Assembly: GCF_049243625.1 (NCBI RefSeq)
Contig: NZ_CP046975.1
Length of the DNA stretch: 32,000 nt
DNA from: Corynebacterium amycolatum
GTDB taxonomy: Bacteria; Actinomycetota; Actinomycetes; Mycobacteriales; Mycobacteriaceae
Strand: one strand, 5' to 3'
How positions within the stretch are numbered: the stretch's first letter is position 1; each line of letters begins with the position of its first letter. A program made the position numbers and the translations under genes. This document shows positions 25,927 through 32,000 of the stretch, one piece after another. A model generated the notes under the pieces. That model was given only the letters and a program-made list of their open reading frames with translations, was not told the DNA's origin and did no database searches.

Positions 25927-27201
25927 TTAAATGGAAATGCGGCCCTCAACTGCAGGTAGTGCAATGTCGGTGCGGTAGTGCGAGCCCTCGAGCTTAATGG
26001 TCTTGATGGTCTCGTACGCCTTGTCGCGAGCCTCTTCCAGCGTGTCACCAACGCCGATGACGTTGAGCACACGGCCACCAGCGGAGACCAGCTCACCTGC
26101 AGCATTGCGGGCAGTACCTGCGTGGAGAATGCCATCTGCCTCACGACCAGGCTCTGCACCTTCAATGACATCGCCCGTGCGCGTCGACACCGGGTAGCCT
26201 TCAGCTGCCAGCACAACAGTCAGAGCGTACCCATCACGCCAAGACAGCGGACTGAAGTCCGCCAATGTGCCGGTAGCAGCGGCGTTGAGCAGCTGCGCCA
26301 CCGGGGACTCCAGCAGCGCCAGCACGGCCTGGGTCTCCGGGTCACCGAAACGGCAGTTGAACTCAATGACAGCCGGGCCGTCCTCGCCCCAGGCCAGACC
26401 CGCGTACAGCAGACCCTGGAACGGGCAGCCGCGAGCGGCCATTTCACGAGCGACCGGCTCGCAGACCTCGGTGACGATGCGCTCAGTTGCGCCTTCCGGC
26501 AGCCAGGACAGCGGGCTGTAAGCGCCCATGCCACCGGTGTTCGGCCCCTCGTCGTTATTACCGACGCGCTTGTGGTCCTGAGCCGGCAACAGCGGGACGA
26601 CGGTTTCGCCGTCGACCAGGCAGAACAGGGAAACCTCCGGGCCATCCAGGAAGGACTCCAGCAGCACCGGGTTACCGGCTGCCAGCACCGCCTTTGCGTG
26701 TTCAAGAGCTTCAGCGCGGTCCTTAGTGACCACAACGCCCTTGCCAGCAGCCAGACCGTCATCCTTCACGACCCAGTTCGGACCAAAGCGGTCAATGGCG
26801 GCCTCGATGTCTTCATCGGAAGCCTCCGGCTGAATGGCCTCTGCCGAGGCGGTCTTTACTCCAGCCGCCTTCATGACGTCCTTAGCGAAAGCCTTAGACC
26901 CCTCAATCCGAGCCGCGTCCGCGTTCGGGCCAAAAACTGCAAAGCCAGCGTCGCGCAGCGCGTCTGCCACACCCGCGACCAGCGGAACCTCCGGGCCAAT
27001 AACAACCAAATCGGCCCCAATTTCCTTGGCCAGCGCAACAGCGCCAGCGGGGTCATCCACGACCAGTGGATGCATGGTGGCAATTTCACTCATACCCGCA
27101 TTACCAGGGGCTACGTGAAGATCAGTAGCCTGCGGGTCCTTACTCATTGCGTACAACAGGGCGTGCTCACGGGCACCGGAGCCAATTACGAGGATGCGCA
27201 T
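25927..27201 (-). CDS. purD: phosphoribosylamine-glycine ligase
   Basis: [16 protein letters not shown]-terminus, ATP-grasp core, GGMGAYSP. I chose start ATG 27201 by the usual PurD N-terminus. The ORF-track ATG at 27210 (MIAMRIL..) is equally possible. Confidence 0.9.
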   Translation of the reverse strand: MRILVIGSGAREHALLYAMSKDPQATDLHVAPGNAGMSEIATMHPLVVDDPAGAVALAKEIGADLVVIGPEVPLVAGVADALRDAGFAVFGPNADAARIEGSKAFAKDVMKAAGVKTASAEAIQPEASDEDIEAAIDRFGPNWVVKDDGLAAGKGVVVTKDRAEALEHAKAVLAAGNPVLLESFLDGPEVSLFCLVDGETVVPLLPAQDHKRVGNNDEGPNTGGMGAYSPLSWLPEGATERIVTEVCEPVAREMAARGCPFQGLLYAGLAWGEDGPAVIEFNCRFGDPETQAVLALLESPVAQLLNAAATGTLADFSPLSWRDGYALTVVLAAEGYPVSTRTGDVIEGAEPGREADGILHAGTARNAAGELVSAGGRVLNVIGVGDTLEEARDKAYETIKTIKLEGSHYRTDIALPAVEGRISI

Positions 27202-27281
27202 AGCAATCATCTTACTAATCAGCCCGGATAACTCTCATCGCGCCCAACCCCTCAATCCGCTATTCGGGTTACCCTTGGCAC

Positions 27282-27704
27282 ATGAGCACAGTATTTACCA
27301 AGATCATCAACGGTGAACTCCCCGGTCGTTTTGTCTACCGCGATGACAAGGTCGTCGCATTTTTGACCATCGAGCCAATCGCACCTGGTCACACTCTGGT
27401 TGTCCCTATTGAAGAGGTGGACAAGTGGACGGATGCCTCGCCTGAGCTGTGGGCTCACCTCAATGAGGTTGCCCACAAGGTTGGTCAGGCTGTTGTCTCC
27501 GCTTTTGACGCTCCACGTGCTGGCTACCTCATCGCCGGCTTCGAGGTTCCGCACACCCACATCCATATCTTCCCTGCCCACGACATGTCCGGCTACAACC
27601 TCCAGTCGGTCGATCGCAATCCTTCCGCAGAGTCCATGGATGAGGCCGCCGCTAAGCTACGGAAGGTCCTCGGGACTGATGAAGACGGAAAGTTGGTGCG
27701 CTAA
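27282..27704 (+). CDS. HIT (histidine triad) family protein
   Basis: 140 aa with the histidine triad HTHIHIFP and the N-terminal FTKIINGELPGRFVY motif. Confidence 0.85.
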   Translation: MSTVFTKIINGELPGRFVYRDDKVVAFLTIEPIAPGHTLVVPIEEVDKWTDASPELWAHLNEVAHKVGQAVVSAFDAPRAGYLIAGFEVPHTHIHIFPAHDMSGYNLQSVDRNPSAESMDEAAAKLRKVLGTDEDGKLVR

Positions 27705-27742
27705 TCGCCGCTTCAAACGAGGATTTTCGGGAAGAACAACTT

Positions 27743-27773
27743 CCGGTTCCTGCCCCTGAAGCGCAGGAACCGG
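27743..27773 (+). terminator. strong stem-loop downstream of the HIT gene (terminator-like, lacks a U-tract)
   Basis: Perfect 11-bp stem CCGGTTCCTGC (27743-27753) / GCAGGAACCGG (27763-27773) with a 9-nt loop, 39 nt after the HIT stop. Confidence 0.35.
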
Positions 27774-27871
27774 AGGCGCAAAAACCGGCTGCAGCTGAAG
27801 GATCAGCATCGCTCCCCTATGCCATCTTCCGTCCGCTGCGCGGTGTTTTCGAAGATAACTGGGGAGCCAAA

Positions 27872-28591
27872 GTGTCCAAATCCCGGCCGTGGCCGGTCAT
27901 CCTCCTGCATGGAACAGGCCAGGTCAAGGGTATTTGGGAGACCCTCGGCGGTCAGTTACGGGAGGATGGCTGGGCTGTCTTCGCGCCAGATTTTGGACAC
28001 CGTGCAACAGACCCCATCAATCAGTCCATCGACATGCTCGTGCCTTACATCAAGGCTGTCCTGCACGCCACTGACGCAAAGCACGCCGTTATCGTGGGGC
28101 ACTCGCAAGGCGGCTTAATTGCCACTCTGCTTTCTCTGCGCATTTCCAAGTACATCAAGCATGTTGTCTGCCTTGCCGCGCCCAATCACGGCACCAATCT
28201 GGGCGGCATCGCTTCCAGTATCACTAAGATCCCCGGCACAAAGTCGCTGATGAGCAACTTCGTTCAGAGTTACTGGGGCGTTTCCGGTTTGGAACAGCTC
28301 ACGGGTTCAAAGATGGTTTTGAACTCCAATTCCCACGATATCCTCGGTCCCGGTGTTACTTACACCTGCATTGCCACCAAGTATGACCAGCTCATTTCCC
28401 CGCCACAGTCCTGTTTCTTGGATGATGGTGACACAGGCATGGTCACCAATCTCTATGTGCAGGACACGTTCCCTCAAGCAATAATTTTGCATGAGCAGAT
28501 GGCGCACGATTGGCGTCCCCGCGCACTTACTCGCGAGGCACTATTCAAGCTGGTAGGCGAGGATTTTGACCCAATCGAGCATGCGGAATAG
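27872..28591 (+). CDS. alpha/beta hydrolase, actinobacterial class-2-like lipase/esterase, paralogue 1
   Basis: PVILLHGTG oxyanion region and nucleophile elbow GHSQGG. GTG start at 27872 is preceded by GGGGAG at 5-nt spacing. There is no signal peptide. Confidence 0.75.
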   Translation: MSKSRPWPVILLHGTGQVKGIWETLGGQLREDGWAVFAPDFGHRATDPINQSIDMLVPYIKAVLHATDAKHAVIVGHSQGGLIATLLSLRISKYIKHVVCLAAPNHGTNLGGIASSITKIPGTKSLMSNFVQSYWGVSGLEQLTGSKMVLNSNSHDILGPGVTYTCIATKYDQLISPPQSCFLDDGDTGMVTNLYVQDTFPQAIILHEQMAHDWRPRALTREALFKLVGEDFDPIEHAE

Positions 28592-29354
28592 ACCGCTCCT
28601 AACGCGGATTTTCCCACCGACAGCCGCACATCCGTCCTCACCAAATCCGAGTCCAGCGTCGGGGGACCTCAGAGACCCCGTTCCGGTTATCGCACTTCAT
28701 GGCACGCTCGATAGTCCCGGCGCGTGGGCACCGCTTGCCGACGGTCTCCGTACCCTCGGCCGCCGAGTCTATGTACCGGCCTACGGAGACCGTGGCACTG
28801 CTGCCCTTGTAGATTCTGTCGCCGAGGTCGAGTCCTATATCAACGGAGTCTGCACTGAAACGAACTCGGACACGGTCGATATTGTGGCTCACTCGCAGGG
28901 TGGGCTACTGGCTTTCCTGCTGTTTACGCGTCTTGCAAACCATGAATGCGAGCGTTTTTCGTTTCGACGTGTCATCAGTGTGTCGGGATCTGTCGGCGGT
29001 GTAAATCTGACTGAGATCTCCCGCATTTTGGGCTGGTGGAATGGGGCTCCTGCCCGCTGGCTAATGGGACAGGCTTTAGCCGATCAGATTGCGGTAGCTG
29101 CAGGAAAATATGAACTTCCTGCAGCCAACACTGCCCCGCACCTCCGAGGGCGCAAGGCAGCCGCACCTGACTGGATTAATGTCATCAGCCACCATGACAA
29201 CCTGGTCATTCCGTGGTCCGATACCGCGCAGAGCTTCCTGCCAGACAGCCAAACTGTTTTGCTCGAAACCGAGCTGGAGGGCAGGTCTGTTGCGCATTGG
29301 AAGCAGCAAACAGACTCCGAGGTGATCGACCTAATCACTCGGCTATTGGCGTAG
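28581..29354 (+). CDS. alpha/beta hydrolase, class-2-like lipase/esterase, paralogue 2
   Basis: PVIALHGTLDS and AHSQGG, with the same architecture as the upstream gene. ATG 28581 overlaps the upstream stop (TAG 28589-28591) by 11 nt. The ORF-track TTG at 28566 is an alternative. Confidence 0.75.
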   Translation: MRNRPLLTRIFPPTAAHPSSPNPSPASGDLRDPVPVIALHGTLDSPGAWAPLADGLRTLGRRVYVPAYGDRGTAALVDSVAEVESYINGVCTETNSDTVDIVAHSQGGLLAFLLFTRLANHECERFSFRRVISVSGSVGGVNLTEISRILGWWNGAPARWLMGQALADQIAVAAGKYELPAANTAPHLRGRKAAAPDWINVISHHDNLVIPWSDTAQSFLPDSQTVLLETELEGRSVAHWKQQTDSEVIDLITRLLA

Positions 29355-29363
29355 GGCTTCGAC

Positions 29364-30206
29364 CTAGAACTTGGTCAGCGACTCGCGCGCGGTGACGACA
29401 TCCGCAAGCAGCTGCTGCGCGGCTGGCGAGGGGTTATCGGAGGTGAGGGCCTCGATGACGACGTCGGGAAGCCCTGCGGCGCGGTAGTCGTCGACAGTGA
29501 CATCGCCGTACTCGAGGACCCCGTGGAGCCATGCGACTGCACGCGACTCTGGCGAAATGCAGCGTCGTGCGGTGCGTTCCTGCTGGACGAGCACATCACG
29601 GTTTTCCACCCCGCGCATCCCCAGCCGCGCAAGAGTGCGAGCAGCAGAGATGAGGTTCTCACCGGCAACACGATCCTGCTGATTCGGATTGGCCGGCGGC
29701 TTCTTACGACCACGACGGCGCACGTAGAGCTCCTGCTGACCAATACCGACCAGGGAACCATCGCGGTTTCGGATTACAGAGGTGTATGGAACGACCGTCG
29801 AATAGCCACCTTCGGTTTCGGCCTTAAGCTTTTCGACCATCTCATCCGGCACCTCTACCTCGAGGTACGCACCATTCTTACCCGGCCGGATAAATTCAAA
29901 CGACCCAGTTCGCGTCCACGCCTCGTACTTCTTGACATCCAGGCGCTGCATAACCAGCGTGCCAAACAGCACATCCGTCATCGAAAACAGTGCACCGCCA
30001 AATGCCGCGCCATGCATATTCGCAGTCAGAGCGTTTAGGCGCAGCTCCAATCGTCCCTCAGACCAGTCATCCGCAATCTCGGTGATACGGATGCCGGTGC
30101 CAAACAGCGGCGGCCAAATGTTCAGCAAGAACTTTGCCTTAGCCGGGGACATCTCTTTCTCAGCAAGTTTGTACAGGGTGCGTCGCAGCGATGGACCAAT
30201 AGACAT
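29364..30206 (-). CDS. hotdog-fold thioesterase-like protein (PaaI/DUF4442-like N-terminal domain) with an uncharacterised C-terminal domain of about 110 aa
   Basis: The N-terminal 165 aa resemble the DUF4442/YiiD_C thioesterase fold (NIWPPLFGTGIRITEI...NMHGAAFGGALFSMTDV). A basic linker RRRGRKKPPANPN follows, then a domain I do not recognise. Family assigned from memory. Confidence 0.65.
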   Translation of the reverse strand: MSIGPSLRRTLYKLAEKEMSPAKAKFLLNIWPPLFGTGIRITEIADDWSEGRLELRLNALTANMHGAAFGGALFSMTDVLFGTLVMQRLDVKKYEAWTRTGSFEFIRPGKNGAYLEVEVPDEMVEKLKAETEGGYSTVVPYTSVIRNRDGSLVGIGQQELYVRRRGRKKPPANPNQQDRVAGENLISAARTLARLGMRGVENRDVLVQQERTARRCISPESRAVAWLHGVLEYGDVTVDDYRAAGLPDVVIEALTSDNPSPAAQQLLADVVTARESLTKF

Positions 30207-30243
30207 AACTACTTACATTAGGTGTTGACCGGGCGAACGCGGG

Positions 30244-30323
30244 CATTATTGTCAGAAAACAAAAGTGTGTCAGCTTCAGCGCATGCTTTACGACGGTTCC
30301 CGCGCCCCACCTTTTATTAAGAC
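30244..30323. repeat. mini-copy of the repeat-family terminal motif, an inverted pair
   Basis: CATTATTGTCAGAAAACAAAAGTGTGTCAGC lies at 30244-30274. The reverse complement of 30305-30323 reads GTCTTAATAAAAGGTGGGG. Both resemble the TTAATA..CAAAAGGTGTG ends of copies A and B. About 30 bp separates them. Confidence 0.4.
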
Positions 30324-30332
30324 AGCGACTAT

Positions 30333-30740
30333 TTAGGCAGCAAACCGTTTCGCCAGCGTATTGACGCGCAGAGTGAAGAAATCCCGCAATTCCGCGTAGC
30401 GGGAATAACCATAAATCCCGCGGTCAGCTGGGTCATCATATTCCCAGCGCTCAGTCTCTACATCTGGCGCGATGTAGTCCGAAACGTCGATTTTCCCCAC
30501 AACAATGACCACATCCGCACTGTCTGCGAGAGACGGCGTGAGTTGATGAGGATCGCCATCGCACCGTGCCCCCACCTCACAGAGCGCACGCCGCGCGTCT
30601 TCATCCAGACCGCGGTCATCATCATCGATGCTGATACCTGCTGACAAAACTGTCAAGCCTGGGGCAGCTTGCCGCAGCAGCCCTTCGAGTACGCGTGAGA
30701 GTCCCATGTTTGAACTACTGACAAAGAGCACCTCTGACAT
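30333..30740 (-). CDS. low-molecular-weight phosphatase / ArsC-like family protein lacking the catalytic cysteine
   Basis: 135 aa from ATG 30740 (MSEVLFVSSSNMGLSRVLEG...). The fold-level resemblance to LMW-PTP/ArsC includes the conserved RWEYDDPAD. The P-loop position reads VSSSNMGLSR instead of CTGNxCRS. TACGAT lies 6 nt upstream of the ATG with no SD. The ORF-track start at 30821 is unlikely. Confidence 0.7.
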   Translation of the reverse strand: MSEVLFVSSSNMGLSRVLEGLLRQAAPGLTVLSAGISIDDDDRGLDEDARRALCEVGARCDGDPHQLTPSLADSADVVIVVGKIDVSDYIAPDVETERWEYDDPADRGIYGYSRYAELRDFFTLRVNTLAKRFAA

Positions 30741-30967
30741 GGCTCTATCGTAGAATATTTTTCTCAGAGAAATCACCCCAGCTTGTGGGGTTTTCTGGAA
30801 GGTTTTGCAGAAAAATGCCAAAAGCGCCCATAGCGCAGGCCCTTCCCCGAGACCAGCCCTATCGGCGCTTATGACTTAAAAACAAAGTCCACTTTACATG
30901 CGCATGCAACCCCTGTGAAGCATGGGGCTAGAGTTGCAGATGTGAACGCTCCGTGGCCTGTGATTTT

Positions 30968-31011
30968 CCGGCTGTCGGTGTTGCGCTGTCCGGCTGTCGG
31001 TGTTGCGCTGT
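30968..31011. repeat. perfect 22-bp tandem duplication
   Basis: CCGGCTGTCGGTGTTGCGCTGT occurs at 30968-30989 and again at 30990-31011. Two CCTATCGAT copies follow at 31012-31020 and 31031-39. Confidence 0.85.
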
Positions 31012-31253
31012 CCTATCGATGCAATATTCACCTATCGATACGCAGCAGCGTGGCCATAAGTGGAAAGCTCATCCATATGTCGACCGGGACTTCCGACAAC
31101 GTGCGCATAAGTGACAGAAAATTCCCCCGCCCCAGCCCCCGACAGGCATTTGCCCTTTAATCTGCCTTCAAAAGAATCCTTTGCTCCCCGCCCCGGCCCC
31201 CTTAGACCGGATAAAATTGGCGGGGCCAATCGCTCGCGAATAGGAGAATCACC

Positions 31254-32000
31254 GTGACCGACTCTCGCGATATTAAACCTTTTGCAGCCAACCGCAGCTC
31301 CAAAGTGACCTCCATCGGCTCCATCATCGGCGCAGCAGCAGTGAGCGGCCTACTTCTCGGAGGTGTCGGTGCGGGCACCTGCTTGGCAATTCTCGATGTG
31401 CCCGAGCGCTCCGACTACGTCATGAAGACTGCGCAGCGTGAGGTACAGGCTGACATCATGGACCCGGACGATGTGCTCACCCCAGAGGAAGAAGAGCGCA
31501 TGCTTCGCGATGTCTCCCTGATCGCCGCCCCTGACGTGGTCCAAGAGCTGCACTACATGGTCTTTGCCGAGAACAAGGAAAACGTTAATGACTCCGTAGA
31601 GGAGTACCTGCGCGATAACCACCAGGAGCTCATCGGCAAGGATAAGTTTGCTGATGGCCAGGTCTTCGTCGGCGTGGGCCTTGATCCGCGCCAAGCCTTC
31701 GTCTTCGCGGGTGAGGACGTGGCTGCTCAAATGAAGCTACGCAAGAATGACAGCCATCTGAAACAGTCCATCGAAGCAATTAAGCCGGGCGTGCGGGATG
31801 GCAACATTCCTGCTGGCCTCTTTGCTGGCGCAGCGGCTGCAATCGACGTAGACCGTGCTGCGGATACTCAGTACGAGGGCGCAAAAGAGGATCGGATGGG
31901 GGCGGCCGTTGGCCTCGGGGTGGCGGGCCTGAGCGTTGGCGGCGCTGGTGTCGGCCTCGCCGGCGGTATACGCCGCAGCCGACAGAAGCAGGCACAGCAG
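31254..32000 (+). CDS. membrane protein with a TPM/DUF5129-like domain; 3' end runs off the window
   Basis: Not in the ORF track because there is no stop inside the window. GTG 31254 is preceded by AGGAGAA at 5-nt spacing, and an in-frame TAA lies at 31212. An N-terminal TM segment (SIGSIIGAAAVSGLLLGGVGAGTCLAIL) is followed by a soluble domain and then a Gly/Ala-rich hydrophobic segment. The frame is open for 249 codons to base 32000. The listed minus-strand ORFs here are antisense shadows. Confidence 0.7.
   Translation, partial: MTDSRDIKPFAANRSSKVTSIGSIIGAAAVSGLLLGGVGAGTCLAILDVPERSDYVMKTAQREVQADIMDPDDVLTPEEEERMLRDVSLIAAPDVVQELHYMVFAENKENVNDSVEEYLRDNHQELIGKDKFADGQVFVGVGLDPRQAFVFAGEDVAAQMKLRKNDSHLKQSIEAIKPGVRDGNIPAGLFAGAAAAIDVDRAADTQYEGAKEDRMGAAVGLGVAGLSVGGAGVGLAGGIRRSRQKQAQQ

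Noticed and set aside
25978-27231. Long antisense ORFs opposite real genes: 25978..27231 + (417 aa), 14909..16051 +, 10106..11074 -, 7781..8443 -, 712..1581 +, 31350..31730 -
   Set aside because: These are typical high-GC shadow ORFs. The opposite strand carries unmistakable family motifs (purD, thiF, gluD, gluA, VWA, TPM-like). Their translations are Arg/Gly/Ala-rich with no motifs.
30915-31160. 81-aa + ORF in the intergenic region upstream of the TPM-like gene
   Set aside because: It contains the 22-bp tandem duplication and C-tract repeats, has no SD, and its composition is non-protein-like.

Overview
This is a high-GC actinobacterial chromosome segment. Its gene content and protein sequences look Corynebacterium-like: gluABCD glutamate ABC transporter, a BCCT osmolyte carrier, thiE with divergent thiO-thiS-thiG-thiF, purB, purD, and a canonical-type trpB. 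I can support about 29 densely packed protein-coding genes on both strands. The ORF track hides two cis-regulatory RNAs. One is a TPP riboswitch in front of thiO; the listed 483-aa ORF is an over-extension through it. The other is a classical Trp-codon (WWW) leader-peptide attenuator in front of a stand-alone trpB with no other trp gene nearby. Non-genic structure includes: a MITE-like intergenic repeat family at three loci (2692-2989; an inverted copy at 19371-19552; a mini-copy at 30244-30323); a CGTTTCR heptamer array in the purB 3' region; a perfect 22-bp tandem duplication; several palindromes and direct repeats in promoter regions; C-tract (G-quadruplex-type) runs; and a roughly 1 kb gene-poor stretch (23.5-24.5 kb) holding an unlisted 51-codon ORF with a strong SD. 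I saw no rRNA, tRNA, CRISPR array, transposase, integrase or recognisable defence or toxin system. This is mostly housekeeping-type DNA, so the best leads are regulatory or small-scale, not a new multi-gene system. Start codons were chosen by eye from SD spacing, overlaps with neighbours and remembered homolog N-termini, and several differ from the ORF-track maxima. All family calls rest on motifs I recognise, not on searches.
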